Shown here: one piece after another, positions 40,717-52,082 of the stretch | How the letters are laid out: the number at the start of each line of letters is the position of its first letter | Position numbering within the stretch: the first letter of the stretch is position 1 | Assembly: GCA_963842945.1 (NCBI GenBank) | Contig: CAWJIM010000019.1 | Coordinates: forward strand, 384,001-448,000 | Source of the DNA: an uncultured Gemmatimonadales bacterium | Lineage (GTDB): Bacteria > Gemmatimonadota > Gemmatimonadetes > Gemmatimonadales > GWC2-71-9 | Length of the DNA: 64,000 bases | Reading direction: 5' to 3' | Notes under the pieces: generated by a model | Told to the model about the DNA's origin: nothing | Seen by the model: only the letters and a program-made list of their open reading frames with translations | The model's database searches: none | Translations under genes and position numbers: made by a program

Positions 40717-41466
40717 ATGCAACTCCTCCTGATCGAGTCGGGCAGAAAATTCCTTCAGACCGCCGAGTGTGCCGCCCTGAGCATTCTGGCACACGGGTTC
40801 GTCGTGTGGTCGGCGGTCAACCTGACCTCCGAGGGCCGGCGGCTTCCCACCGACGAGCGGCAGGCGCGGGTGTTCTTCCTGCTCCCGCCCGACCGGGTGG
40901 ATGTACGGGAGCGGCAGTTCGAGGTCATTCAACTGGGCAAACTGGGCGGCGACCCCCAGGATGGCGGGTATCTCCTCAACCCTGACCCGGGCTGGGAACG
41001 GCGGCAGATCGCCCACGGCTCCCGCAACAAGCGGAAGGGCAGCGGTGCCAGGGGGGAGCTGCCCTTTGGGCCCTCCTCGCCCTACGTACCGGACACCGCC
41101 TTCAGCGTGCTCCAGGTGGATGAATCGGTGGAGCGATATGAGTCGAGCGCGGCGCCGATCTATCCCAAGGACCTTCTGGCCACGCAAACCCAGGGCGATG
41201 TCGAGGCCACCTACGTGGTGGACACGGTGGGGCAGGTCGACACCACCACGATCCACGTGATGTACAGCGACGATCCCCGTTTCACCGCTTCGGTGGTGGC
41301 GGCGTTGGGCGGGATGCGCTTCCGTCCGGCCAAGCGGAGCGGCAGGATCGTGCGCCAACTGGTGCAGCAGAAGTTCCGCTTCCGGATCGTGCCGCCGGAG
41401 CGCGGCATGTCATCCCTTCGTCGCTCGCGCTCCTCAGGGCAGGCTCTGAGCGCGCGCGAAGGATGA
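40717..41466 (+). CDS. energy transducer TonB family protein
   Basis: N-terminal TM with S...H; PIYP, G.V...YVVDT.G, MRFRPA..G..VRQLVQQ.F. Confidence 0.85.
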   Translation: MQLLLIESGRKFLQTAECAALSILAHGFVVWSAVNLTSEGRRLPTDERQARVFFLLPPDRVDVRERQFEVIQLGKLGGDPQDGGYLLNPDPGWERRQIAHGSRNKRKGSGARGELPFGPSSPYVPDTAFSVLQVDESVERYESSAAPIYPKDLLATQTQGDVEATYVVDTVGQVDTTTIHVMYSDDPRFTASVVAALGGMRFRPAKRSGRIVRQLVQQKFRFRIVPPERGMSSLRRSRSSGQALSAREG

Positions 41467-41468
41467 CA
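41408..41468. repeat. REP-like palindrome (TGTCATCC...GGATGACA)
   Basis: Terminal 8-bp inverted repeat plus internal CTTCG..CGAAG; between convergent genes. Confidence 0.6.
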
Positions 41469-41470
41469 CC

Positions 41471-42883
41471 TTACTCCAGTGTCACCGTCAAGAACCGCAG
41501 CTGTCCCTGCCGTCCCACCTGCAGCACGGCCGTGGAGTCGGGCGCGAAGCGGCTGACGACTCCCCGCAGATCCTCCAGCGTCCTGACCGCCTCGCCATTC
41601 ACTCCGTAGATCACGTCTCCGGCGACTGGGCCCGCGGCACCGCGAGCCTGGGAGGCAACGCCCGCGACCACCACACCGTGTTCCTGCCGGATGCCGGGAA
41701 TCATCTGGGCCAGCTCGGGGGTCAGATCCAGGGCCAGGATGCCGAGGCGGGAGATGAGGTTTTTCTCCGGGGTCACCAGGTCGCGGAAGACGTCGGACGG
41801 ATCCCGGCGCTCCACCAGTGGAACGCGGAGGTTCAGCCGCTGCAGTCCTCGTCCCACCTCGAGGTTCACCGTACCCCCCGGCTTCCTTCCGTAAAGACTG
41901 ACATCGAACTGGCGGGCGTTCTCCATCGGCTTGCCGTTGACCGAGAGAATCACGTCGTTGATCCGAAGTCCCGCCTTGGCAGCCGGGCCGTTGGGATAGA
42001 CGTCTCCCAGCACCACCCCCCACTCGCGGGTCAGCCGCAGTCCCGCCGCCAGCGCCGGGGTGATGGTCTGGGCGAAGACACCGATCTCGCTGCGGCGCAC
42101 TCGCCCCTGGGTGCGGATCTGATCGTAGATGAATCGGACGATGTTGGCCGGAGCGGCGAAGCCCACGCCTTCGCTGCCGCCAGACTGGCTCAGGATGAGG
42201 GTGTTGATGCCCATGACCAGGCCATCGGCAGTGACCAACGGCCCGCCGCTGTTTCCCGGATTGATCGGGGTGTCGGTCTGGATGTAGATCATCCGGTCTT
42301 CGTCGCGGAACTGGCGGCCCACCGCGCTCACCACGCCCATGGTGACGCTGCTGGCGAGCCCGAACGGGCTGCCGAACGCCAGCACCACCTGACCCGGTGC
42401 GAGCGAGTCGGAGTCGCCCAGCCGGGCAATGGGCAGGTCTTTCGCCTCGACCTTGAGCACGGCGAGATCGGTCTCCGGGTCCACGCCGACCAGTTTGGCC
42501 GGCAGCTCGAGCGATACCGGCGGGAGCACCGAGCGGTTGGGCGTGCCGGGGACGGCCGCACGGGGCACGATGACGATGAAGCGCCGGCCTCCTTCGATCA
42601 CGTGCGCGTTGGTGACGATGAATCCGTCCCGGCTCAGGATCACGCCCGAGCCGGTGCTGCGCTGGGTTCCGATGAGCGCGTTGGCTCCGGTGGCTCCAGC
42701 GGTCACCGGCCCGTAGGCGGCGACCTGGATCTGCACTACGGCGGGAGCGATGCGGGAGACGACACCCTCGAGCGAGTGGCTCAGGGCGCCGAGGTCGGCT
42801 CGGCGCGCAGGAGTCTGGGCTGCGCCGGCGACAGATCCGAGGAGGGCGAGCCCGAGGGGGCCGGCCCAGGTGAAAAGTCTCAT
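41471..42883 (-). CDS. HtrA/DegP-like serine protease with two PDZ domains
   Basis: TNAHV, TDLAVLK, INPGNSGGPL; signal peptide. Confidence 0.93.
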   Translation of the reverse strand: MRLFTWAGPLGLALLGSVAGAAQTPARRADLGALSHSLEGVVSRIAPAVVQIQVAAYGPVTAGATGANALIGTQRSTGSGVILSRDGFIVTNAHVIEGGRRFIVIVPRAAVPGTPNRSVLPPVSLELPAKLVGVDPETDLAVLKVEAKDLPIARLGDSDSLAPGQVVLAFGSPFGLASSVTMGVVSAVGRQFRDEDRMIYIQTDTPINPGNSGGPLVTADGLVMGINTLILSQSGGSEGVGFAAPANIVRFIYDQIRTQGRVRRSEIGVFAQTITPALAAGLRLTREWGVVLGDVYPNGPAAKAGLRINDVILSVNGKPMENARQFDVSLYGRKPGGTVNLEVGRGLQRLNLRVPLVERRDPSDVFRDLVTPEKNLISRLGILALDLTPELAQMIPGIRQEHGVVVAGVASQARGAAGPVAGDVIYGVNGEAVRTLEDLRGVVSRFAPDSTAVLQVGRQGQLRFLTVTLE

Positions 42884-43155
42884 CAGTGTTTCGCTTGAGA
42901 TTGAGAGTCGAATTGGGCAGAATCCGTGAGCGGCAGGAGGCAATCGGGCGCGCGCGCTAGCGTCCGGTTAGTGCCGTTCGGCTCCTCACGAGAGTGCTGG
43001 CTGGTCTGAATAGTGAAGCAGTATGTCGGCCCAGAGCCTCGTTAGGACGCAGTCGCCTTATGCTGGATCCGATGACGCAGCGCCCGCCTGCGGCCGGAGG
43101 GGCCGGCACCCGCGTCCTCCGTTGTCTCCGTGCGTGCGCAGTTACCTTCCTCGGC

Positions 43156-44394
43156 ATGGAAGTGGCCGAGGTCCAGCGCCGCACGCTGCGGCTTCTCTTC
43201 ATTGCCCAGGTCATCAGCGGCATCGGTATCGCGGTCGGCGCTTCGGTCGGTGCGCTGCTGGCGGCCGACATCGCGGGCATCGGCGTGTCCGGCCTGGCGA
43301 TCAGTACCAACGTCGTGGGCGCGGCGCTCTTCGCGGTGCCGGCCACGGCCATCGTCCATCGCTACGGGCGGCGGCTGAGTCTCGCGGCCGGCTACGCCAT
43401 TGCAGCAGTGGGCTCGATTCTCCTGGTCAGCCGCCGCAATGCGAAACTCGATACCAATCCTCTTCCTGGGATTCTTTTTCTTCGGCGGGGCCACTGCCGC
43501 CGGGCTGCAGGCCCGCTATGCCGCGGTGGATCTGGCGCCTGCCGCGATTCGGGGCCGCCATCTCTCACTCGTAGTGTGGGCGACGACGATAGGCGCGATC
43601 ATCGGGCCCAGCCTCGCTCCAGTCGCCGGGCAGACGGTCGGCGTGTACGGTGTGCCCCCGATGGCGGGGCCCTTCGTCTTCTCGGCGATTCTGCTGGGAC
43701 TGGCAGCGTTACTCCTCTTCGGGTTCCTCCGGCCGGACCCGGCCGTGGTGGCTCGGGAGCAGTTCGGAGCTTCCGGTGCAGCGCGGCTGGGCTGGCTCGC
43801 GCGGGGATCGGAGCGGCACTTCGAGTGGTGGCCTCGCTGCCGGCGGCCCGGCTAGGCGTATCCGCCATGGCGATCGGACACGTAGTGATGGTCGGGGTGA
43901 TGACGATGACGCCAGTCCATATCCGGGGCGGCGGCCACGGCGCCGAGTACACCCTCAGGATCGTGGGATTGGTGCTCAGCTTTCACATCGCCGGGATGTT
44001 CGCTTTTGCGCCGGTGGTCGGCTGGCTGACAGATCGGATCGGCCGGAGGCCGGTGATCTTCGCCGGCATCGCCATACTGCTCACCGCGTGCGCCGTGGCT
44101 GGCACCGCGGGCCACGATCCCGTGCATCTCGCCGGCGGATTGATGCTGCTCGGCCTCGGCTGGTCTGCGACGATGGTCGCCGGATCCACCCTGCTGAGCG
44201 ACGCGATATCGGGGGAGATGCGTGCCTCGGCGCAGGGGCTTTCGGATCTGATGATGGGGCTTGCCGGGGCGACCGCAGGCGCCCTTTCCGGTGTGGTGGT
44301 GGAGGCCTGGAGCTACCCCACGTTGACGCTGCTCGCCGCCCTGGCCACGGCACCCCTCATCATTCTGGTCTCTCTGCCAGCCCCGCGCGGATAA
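43156..44394 (+). CDS. MFS transporter (compensating frameshifts about 43430-43790)
   Basis: TM helices, GRR motifs, RYAAVDLA in alternate ORF 43400, LLGLGWS, QGLSD. Confidence 0.85.
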   Translation: MEVAEVQRRTLRLLFIAQVISGIGIAVGASVGALLAADIAGIGVSGLAISTNVVGAALFAVPATAIVHRYGRRLSLAAGYAIAAVGSILLVSRRNAKLDTNPLPGILFLRRGHCRRAAGPLCRGGSGACRDSGPPSLTRSVGDDDRRDHRAQPRSSRRADGRRVRCAPDGGALRLLGDSAGTGSVTPLRVPPAGPGRGGSGAVRSFRCSAAGLARAGIGAALRVVASLPAARLGVSAMAIGHVVMVGVMTMTPVHIRGGGHGAEYTLRIVGLVLSFHIAGMFAFAPVVGWLTDRIGRRPVIFAGIAILLTACAVAGTAGHDPVHLAGGLMLLGLGWSATMVAGSTLLSDAISGEMRASAQGLSDLMMGLAGATAGALSGVVVEAWSYPTLTLLAALATAPLIILVSLPAPRG

Positions 44395-44417
44395 GCAGTT
44401 GTCGACTGATGACTAAG

Positions 44418-44459
44418 GACTCGCCGACTCGGGTCTCGCGACTCGTGACTCGCGACTAC
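44418..44459. repeat. single-arm heptamer array (GACTCGC-type)
   Basis: GACTCGC CGACTCGG GTCTCGC GACTCGT GACTCGC GACTAC; same family as 9088-9115 and 33328-33348. Confidence 0.7.
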
Positions 44460-44480
44460 ACGTGCTTTGTTTCCATGCTT

Positions 44481-45667
44481 CTAGGGCAGAACCCCGCGGG
44501 CGATCGAGAGGCAGTCGCCCCCGGAGCTGAACAGATAGAAGGTCTTGCCGTCGGGGCTCATGAACTTGGTGGGGATGTCCGCCGCTCGCCCGAGCCCCAG
44601 CCGGTGGAACCGCAGCCGGGTGTGCTGGTGCCCCCGGGCCAGATCTGGTCCTCGCTGGAGAACACCTCCTGCCAAGGACCCCACGGCTCCGGTGCCACCA
44701 GCACCATGAGCCCGCCATGGAATCGGGTCCCTTCGTTCGGCGTCTCCGGAGTGGGATCATAGACCAGCGATAGCATGAACCTCTGGAGCCCTGAGTTCCA
44801 GCTCATGCCGGCCCGAGGGGTGAACTTGGTATTGGGCTCCACGAAGATCGGCGTCGCGGCGCTCGCGGAGCTGCACCAGGCGGGACTGCTCGCGTTGCCG
44901 CAGAAATACTCCCAGAAGCCTTGCAGCGTGAGATCGACCCGCACCCCGCGGAGCAGGCTGAACCCGGGCACCAGGTTATACGCGCTGTTGCTCACGCTGC
45001 CGGTGGCGCTGGAGCTCATCGGGATTACCGCATACACATAGTAGGCCGGTCCGTCGGCGTATGCCTGACCGTATTGTGCGAATGAGGCGTAGCCAATCTC
45101 CGGCAGGCTCCACTCGGCCCATGTGAAGCCGGGTGTGACCGCATCGTAGTTGTCGGAGAACTTGAGCCGCACGCCGGTGCCGGCCGAGCCGATGTTCCGG
45201 ATCCAGTACCACAACCGTCCGTCGGCGTGCAGCATCCCCGCCGGCTTCTCGCTCTCGGAGCTGTCGCCCACCGCCTCCACACCGGCACCCGCTGCCGCAT
45301 CGTCCCAATCCTCCGGGTCACCGGTGGGCACCGCCGTGAAGGTGAGGCCGGTTTCGATCGTGCCGGAGATCCGGCCGAACCCCATGCCGATCCTCCTCGG
45401 GACGCCTTCCGGCTGGCAGTCGCCGTACGCGGTATAGAGGTTTCCGTCGGGGGCCCAGGTCGGAGTCCAGGAGTCGCATCCCCTGGTGCCGGCAACCTGA
45501 ATCATCTGCGACTGCGGGTCCCAGGTGATGCGGGCATCGGCCGGCAACTCGGGCAGCACCGGCGGCTCCGGCAGGTCGCCGCTCTCGCTCGACGTGTCGC
45601 TACAGGCGAGTGCACCATAGAGCAGCCCTACCGCAAATCCGAATTTCACCGAGATACCAATTCTCAT
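44481..45667 (-). CDS. DUF4185-like beta-propeller lipoprotein (copy 2, frameshift near 44585)
   Basis: Lipobox GALAC; GCDSWTPTWAPDGNLYTAYGDC; colinear with 33351..34529. Confidence 0.72.
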
Positions 45668-45778
45668 CTTCAACAGGACTCTCATTTTTCTAACCACAGA
45701 GGGCAATGTCTATGGACTAAACGCTAGCATGCCGGTATGCCGACCAAGGTGAGATTGCTCACCGACCGCAGAAGTGCT

Positions 45779-47535
45779 ATGGAACTAAGGTCACGACAGC
45801 GCCTTAGAAATCTCGATCCCGCCTTGCACCGCACCGCTATCTATCTGGCCCTGCTTGTCTTGGGCTGCGGCTCCGAACCTCCCTCTCAGCCCGAGACTCC
45901 TGCTCCACCTCCGACAGCGTCCCCACGGCTCCCACCCAGGCGTTCCAGTGGAGCTCCGCCACGCCCGAGAGCCAGGGAATGTGCGGCAGCACCATCCAGC
46001 TCGGCTGCACCAGCACGCTGGATCAGATCTGGACCGGCATCAACGAGCGCAAGCACAATACCAAGCGGTTCGTCGTCGTCCGGAACGACAAGATCATCTA
46101 CGACCAGGGCCAGAACCAGCCGTACTACTCATACTCGGCGTCGAAAGGACTGCTGGGAGCTCCTACGCTGGTCTACGCCATGAGCAAGTGCGGGATGGCG
46201 CTCACCGATCGAGCTGCCGAATGGCTGGGGCATGGCGAGGGTGCACGCTGGGACAGTGAGTATCCCTGGCGCGACATCACCATCGAGGATCTGGCCACCA
46301 CACCAGCGGCGTCTGCGACTATGGCAACACCGGGACGGCGTGCAGCGATCAGAATCCCGGCTGGCAAAGCGACTTCGAGCGCACCAAGCAGGGTGGCGAT
46401 GAGTTCGTCTATCCGGGTGATGCCTTCACCATCGCCCGGGCCTCGCCGAGCAGAACAGCGAGCCGGCTTTGGCGCCGGGCAGCATCTACGAGTACAGCAA
46501 TGTTGGACACGCCTTGCTCAACTACGCCGTACAGCGAGCCTGCGGCCAGAGCCTGGTCGACATCTTTGACTCCCATATCAGGCAGCCAGGCATGGGGTCA
46601 GCAGTGCGGCCGCGCTGATCCACACCGATGAGGGTCAGCAGTTCATCCAGGCCACCGGCATCGCCCAGTGGAACGCGCTGGACGGTGCCGCTGTGCTGCG
46701 TCTTGCTGGGCGGCTAGGCATCTGGGACAATCGGAACGTGGAGCCGGTGAGGTACTGGAGGGAGGTGACCAAGATCGAGGGCAACATCCCGGCCGCCGAG
46801 TCATCCAACCGAGGCGTGATCTACGAGATCAATTCGCGAGACACCTGGACTCAGGCACCTGGGTTCCTGCGTCTCTCTCATGAAACCTTTGGCCACGGCG
46901 GCAACTACAGCACCGTCTTCATGGACGATCCGCTGACCAGCACCATCATCGTGCGGCAGGGCGAGAACAATGCCGACGGCGCCTCGTATCTCACCCTCAA
47001 TGGGTGCGCGCCGGGGTGGACCGGCACGTCGCCCAACTGCCAGCCGGGGACCGACTGGAGCAACAACTGGGACGCTGCCGCCGGCGAGCTCGGCTCCTCC
47101 CGCGAGGGCCCCCGGAAGATGATAGTCGAGCCGCTGCAACAGGCCTTCTTCTTCCCACCGCCGTTCTGCCGGATGATTGCCGCGGCAGGCCAGCCAGTTG
47201 ATAACCTGACCGATGCGTATACCGGCTCGCCCGGCGCCGCGACCGTCGAGCTGACGGCGGAGATTCAGGTGGATCCGCGCGAGGGGGCAGGCTCTTCGGT
47301 GGTGGACCGGGTGGAGTTCTATAAGGAAGGGGACGAGACCAGTCCGAAGCACATCGGAAACGGGACCCTGGTTGCGGGAACCAACCCGGCTCAGTACCAG
47401 CTGTCCTACAGTGCGGAGAGCCACGGTGTCCCGGGCGAAGCCAAGACCTATTTCGCCAACTGCGTGGCCCGCTCAGTACAGGATCCCACCAAACAGGTTC
47501 CCTCCTATTCTCGGCCGGTGCGGGTGCGACGGTAG
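45779..47535 (+). CDS. serine hydrolase lipoprotein (copy 2, several frameshifts)
   Basis: LVLGC lipobox; SASK, EYSN (alternate frame), FGHGG; C-terminus KQVPSYSRPVRVRR colinear with copy 1. Confidence 0.8.
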
Positions 47536-47574
47536 CCGGTCGGGTGGTCGGGCGGTCGGGCGGGTCCGTCACGG

Positions 47575-47600
47575 TGTCACCCTGAGCGCAGCGAAGGGGC
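47575..47600. repeat. REP-like half element TGTCACCCTGAGCGCAGCGAAGGG preceded by GGTCGGGY octamers
   Basis: Shares TGTCAYCC and TGAGCGC..CGAAGG with 41408-41468. Confidence 0.45.
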
Positions 47601-47743
47601 CGAAGCTCCACAACAAGTAGATGTGAACGTCAGGATCAAGGAGGTTCTGGGCATGAGACGCTTCGGGAAAGGGGAAGTTCGTGCTATTCACCCTTTCCTG
47701 CGGAATCCCGGTGCCGAGGGGGCAGCCGAGGGTTGGCGACTGC

Positions 47744-49153
47744 CTAGAAGGTGAACGAGACCGAGTAGAGTCCGGTAAAGGTCTGGACGCTCACATCAGT
47801 GGTCGCCTCCAACCCTCCCAGCGACGGGCCGATCGCCCGTTCGGTAGTCGTTCCCCATGACGAAAGGATGCCCAGGGAGGCGGTCAGGTTCCCGGATCCC
47901 AGAGACACGCCGCCCGAGGCGCCGGTCAGGTCCACCGCCCGAAAGGTGGACTGCGAGGGTGCGCTCACCGGCGATGGATCGGTGAAGAACCCGGCGTGCA
48001 GCCGGAAGCCCGGCGAGAGGGAGAAATTGGCGCCCAGCGCAACGCTCACGATGGAGCGGGCCTGGTTGAGCACTGGGGTAAAGGCTGGAGTGGTGATCGT
48101 GGGGGTACCCGAGGCATCGGTGGTAATCTGGACGCCGGTGGAGTCGCTGGAGAACATCTCGTACTCGTCCTCTGCCCCGTGGTAGCGAACGTCCAGCTCG
48201 ACCTGCCCCCGGGAATAGCGGAAAGTTGCCCCGGCCGTTGCCCGTAATGGGATCTTGAGGTCGAAATTCGCGTCGGGGTCCCGGAAGGCGAGATCGTCCT
48301 CGGCACCGCCGGCCTGGAACAGGATGCGGTTGAATTTGACCTTGCTGCTCCCGCCGATCCGAACGCCGGGCGAGGTGACTGTCGCACCCAGGGTAACTGC
48401 TGGCGCGAGATCCCACTGCGCGCCGGCGGTAAGGAGAAGATGGTGAGCACTGCCGTCGGTCGAGAACGTTCGGACCGCTGTCGTGACCCCGGTCGGAAGC
48501 ACCAGCCGGTCGTTAATAGTCTGGTCCTGGTTGAGGCCGGTAAATGCGTAGCCGACTCCTATCCCGACTCGGATGGTTTGCGACAGCCGGTAGGCGCCAT
48601 TCAGACTGGGGATCTCGGTTCCAAAACTCATCGTTGAGTTATAGCCAAACGCCTCGGTACCCCCTCCGGCCGGCAGGGTGAAGGCGCCGTCCAGGCTGCT
48701 GGGCGACCAGCCGACGGGCTTGGTATAGCCGAAGCCCAATCGAAGCCGCGGGTTCTTGGCGATCGGCGCTCCCACCACGATGCCAAAGAAACCGCCTATC
48801 GGGCTGAACTTCGTGCTCGAGCTCTTCTGCCCGACGCCGTTCAGCGTGGTCTTGGTCAATTCATACGCGTTGGAGCTGGCGTTCAGGGCGGTCTTCTCGC
48901 TCGAGACCAGACCTGCCGGGTTGTACCAGTTGGCTAACGCGTCGTCGGTCCGGGCCACATAGGCGCCTCCCTCGAGCGCCTCCCGCTGGCCGATGCCGAT
49001 GCGATTGTAGTTGGGAATGATGCCGCTCGGCGGGATGCTGAACTGGGCCACCTGCGCCTGGAGGAGGTGCGGCAGGAGAAGCGCGGGAATCAGGCTCAGG
49101 ATTCCTCGGGCGGCGGCTGCGGCCGCGCTGGCAGTTCGGTCGGATGGTCTCAT
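47744..49153 (-). CDS. outer membrane beta-barrel protein (OmpP1/FadL-like)
   Basis: Signal peptide; GGAYVAR.DD..A.WYNPAGL FadL-like motif; C-terminal YSVSFTF. Confidence 0.75.
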   Translation of the reverse strand: MRPSDRTASAAAAAARGILSLIPALLLPHLLQAQVAQFSIPPSGIIPNYNRIGIGQREALEGGAYVARTDDALANWYNPAGLVSSEKTALNASSNAYELTKTTLNGVGQKSSSTKFSPIGGFFGIVVGAPIAKNPRLRLGFGYTKPVGWSPSSLDGAFTLPAGGGTEAFGYNSTMSFGTEIPSLNGAYRLSQTIRVGIGVGYAFTGLNQDQTINDRLVLPTGVTTAVRTFSTDGSAHHLLLTAGAQWDLAPAVTLGATVTSPGVRIGGSSKVKFNRILFQAGGAEDDLAFRDPDANFDLKIPLRATAGATFRYSRGQVELDVRYHGAEDEYEMFSSDSTGVQITTDASGTPTITTPAFTPVLNQARSIVSVALGANFSLSPGFRLHAGFFTDPSPVSAPSQSTFRAVDLTGASGGVSLGSGNLTASLGILSSWGTTTERAIGPSLGGLEATTDVSVQTFTGLYSVSFTF

Positions 49154-49308
49154 CCGTTCCCCTTCCATGACTGGCTGAGTTTGTCTCGCACGATAGCCTG
49201 GAACGGCAGATGCGACAGTACACCTTAGTGCAAAGACGACTTCCAGCTCCCCTGCGGGGGGTATCAGGCGGCAGGGCTTCACGGTACCTCGCCTGCTAAT
49301 ATTGCTCG

Positions 49309-49905
49309 ATGCGGGTGTCGCCCACCGAATATCTGGGCCTGAAGCTTCGGGCGCACGAGCTGCTGAGGGATGTTCCCCTGTATGACGTGTCGATGGTGGA
49401 TCTACCCGGAGGCGGCGCCGACCGCAGCCTGGCCGATATCCGCGCCCTGGGCCGGGTGGCCCCGCCCAGCCGGATCGCGGGGACGCTTTACAGCGCCCGA
49501 CGCCTGCTGGGGAGGGTGTTCGGCTGGGACCGGGTACCGATGCGGCTGGAGGACTCGCCGCTGCTGCACCGGCTCTCGGAGCAGGACCGCCGCGAATCGG
49601 AAATTGCTCCCGGCACTGCCGACGGTCCTTTCCTCGTGCTCTATCAATTCCCTCGCGAGTCGTTGAGCGAGACCCACAATGCCACGGTGCACGGATGGAT
49701 CTCGCTCGCACTCGCGCCTAGCGCTGCCGGGTACCGGCTCTACTTCGCGGTGTATGTGCTCCCGGTCTCCTGGCTCACTCGGCCGTACCTCATCATGATC
49801 GAGCCGTTTCGCCGGGTGCTGTATCCAGCCATGCTGCGGCGGATCCGCCGGGCCTGGATGGCGGCGTACGGGCGCGACGTGACTCCGCCGAGCTGGGGAA
49901 TGTGA
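49309..49905 (+). CDS. DUF2867-like protein
   Basis: LYSARRLLGRVFGWD, F.VLY, NATVH, YL..IEPFRR. Confidence 0.7.
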   Translation: MRVSPTEYLGLKLRAHELLRDVPLYDVSMVDLPGGGADRSLADIRALGRVAPPSRIAGTLYSARRLLGRVFGWDRVPMRLEDSPLLHRLSEQDRRESEIAPGTADGPFLVLYQFPRESLSETHNATVHGWISLALAPSAAGYRLYFAVYVLPVSWLTRPYLIMIEPFRRVLYPAMLRRIRRAWMAAYGRDVTPPSWGM

Positions 49906-49999
49906 CAAAACACGTTCCGATTCGCGACAAAAAAGGGTTGCCCCCTGCCGTCCCGATTTCTATACTGCCCCCAGACACTCATACCAGCGGGAGGCAACT

Positions 50000-50479
50000 A
50001 TGCCGAAGAGCACGCAAGCGATTCCCAAGGGCTACCATACCGTGACGCCCAGCCTGATGGTGGCCGGGGCGGCGCGAGCTATCGACTTCTATAAGAAGGC
50101 CTTGGGAGCAGAGGAGCTGAGCCGGTTTGCCGGTCCGGACGGCTCGATCATGCACGCGGAGATCAAGATCGGCGACTCGGTAATCATGCTCGGTGACGAG
50201 ATGCCGGATCAGGGCGGCAAGGGCCCCAAGTCGCTCGGCGGCACGCCGGTAGGCTTCTTCGTGTACCGGGACAACGTGGATGCGGCCTGGAAGCAGGCGA
50301 TCCAATCCGGCGGCAAGGAGGTCATGCCGCTGGTCGATCAGTTCTGGGGCGATCGTGCGGGGTGTTTCGAGGACCCGTTCGGTCACAAGTGGTGGCTGGC
50401 CCAGCATATCAAGGACCTGACACCGGAGGAGCTGAAGCAGGCGGCGGAGGAGTTCTTCTCCCAGATGCAGCCCAGCTAA
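50000..50479 (+). CDS. VOC family protein (PhnB-like glyoxalase/bleomycin resistance)
   Basis: AIDFYKKALGA, MHAEIKIGDS, DQFWGDR, DPFGHKW. Confidence 0.92.
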   Translation: MPKSTQAIPKGYHTVTPSLMVAGAARAIDFYKKALGAEELSRFAGPDGSIMHAEIKIGDSVIMLGDEMPDQGGKGPKSLGGTPVGFFVYRDNVDAAWKQAIQSGGKEVMPLVDQFWGDRAGCFEDPFGHKWWLAQHIKDLTPEELKQAAEEFFSQMQPS

Positions 50480-50495
50480 GCTGACAGGCAAGAAC

Positions 50496-50533
50496 AGAGC
50501 GGGCCCGCTCAGCGCGGGTCCGCTTTTGCTTTT
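50496..50533 (+). terminator. rho-independent terminator
   Basis: GCGGGCCCGC-loop-GCGGGTCCGC followed by TTTTGCTTTT. Confidence 0.8.
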
Positions 50534-50638
50534 CAGGCAGCCTTACGTACCGTTTCGGCCGCCTGCTCCGGAGAGTCCGTAGCGAGCCAGCGTGTTCCAG
50601 ACTGTGGCTCAGCGCATCGGCCCGCCCGTGTTGCCGGA

Positions 50639-52082
50639 CTAACGCCCCGCCATGGCTCCGACTTTGCCCTTCGGCGTGATGTTCCGGTTGGTGCGGAACA
50701 CGTTCTCCGGGTCCCACCGAGCCTTCACCTCGGCCAGCCGGCTGGAGACTCTTGCCCAGCGCCGCCTCGATCCGGTCCGGTCCCTCGTCCTGAGTCAGGA
50801 AGTTGATGTAGGTCCCGCCGGTCGAGAACGACTTCATGTCGTTCCACGCGGTGCGAGCCCAATCGATGTTCGCCTGATCCTCACTCGGCTCCACCCACGA
50901 GCCGGTGATGTTGACGACGTATCGGGCGTCCCGGTTGCCCACCGGTGAGTGCTCCTGGTCCAGCCGGTTGAGCGCGCCTGCCATATGGAACAGGATCACC
51001 GCCGAGTGGGGTGAGCGGATCCGGGCCGCGTGCTCCACGACTTTCTCGCAGAGCGCAGGCTCGATCCGGGGGAGATACTCGCTCTTCCAGTAGTAGCGCC
51101 GGCCCTTGGGCTGGGTCGCGTCGAGGAGCGACTGCATCTGAGCGTAGGGCCGCCGCACCAGCATGTCGCCCGCCGGCTTCCCGAACGACTTGATTGGGGC
51201 CACTACCTTCTCTCCCTCCTCGGCATTGCCGGTGTAGCACGCCGAGATGGCGATGATGGGCTTGCGGTGGATCTCGGGGGGAAGCCAGGGCGCGGGCGGG
51301 GCCAGTCGCATCAGCGCTACGAGGGTCAACTCGGGCGGCGCCTGCTCGGTCAGCGTGCGGTACAGCTCCAGTACGCTGGGCGCGTCGCTTGCCGGCCAGG
51401 CGACCAGGCCACCCACGATCTCCGGTCCCACCGGGTACAGCCGGTAGTCGATGCCGGTCACCACCCCGAAGTTCCCGCCACCGCCTCGGAGACCCCAGAA
51501 GAGATCGGGATTCTCCTCGCTGCTGGCGCGCACCAGCCGTCCGTCGGCGGTGACCAGGTCCATGCCGAGCACGGTGTCGCAGGTCCAGCCGTAGCGGCGG
51601 GTCAGGTATCCGAAGCCCCCGCCCAGCGTCAGCCCCGCGATGCCGGTCTGGGAGATGAATCCCATGACCGCGGCGAGTCCGTGCAGCTGGGTCTCGCGAT
51701 CCACGTCACCCAGGAGGCAGCCACCCTGCGCGTGGGCGATCTGTTCCTGGGGCTCGACCCACACGCCCCGCATGAGCGAGAGGTCCAGCATCAGGGCGCC
51801 GTCGGCCGTGGCCAGGCCGGCGATGTTGTGGCCACCGCCCTTGATGCAGAGCAGGAGCTGGTGCTCCCGGGCGAACTGGACGCACGCGGCCACGTCGGCC
51901 GTGCCGAGACAGCGGGCGACCAGCGCAGGATTGCGGTCGATCATCGCATTCCAGACCGTGCGGGAGTCGTCATAGCCGGGGTCGCCGGGCAGAAGCAGCG
52001 GTCCCTGGAGCCGCGCCTTGAGGGCGTCAATTGTGGTCTGATTCAGCTCGATCTCTCGATTGTCGGTGGTAACGGCCTTCAC
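50639..52082 (-). CDS. FAD-binding oxidoreductase with BBE domain (frameshift near 50745)
   Basis: GGGHN flavinylation motif, GLTLGGGFG, DLFWGLRGGGGNFG, YINF, RL..VK..WDPENVF. Confidence 0.9.

Noticed and set aside
49153..49711. 186-aa N-terminal extension of the FadL-like ORF
   Set aside because: It overlaps the DUF2867-like gene on the other strand; the RBS and signal peptide fit a start near 49153.
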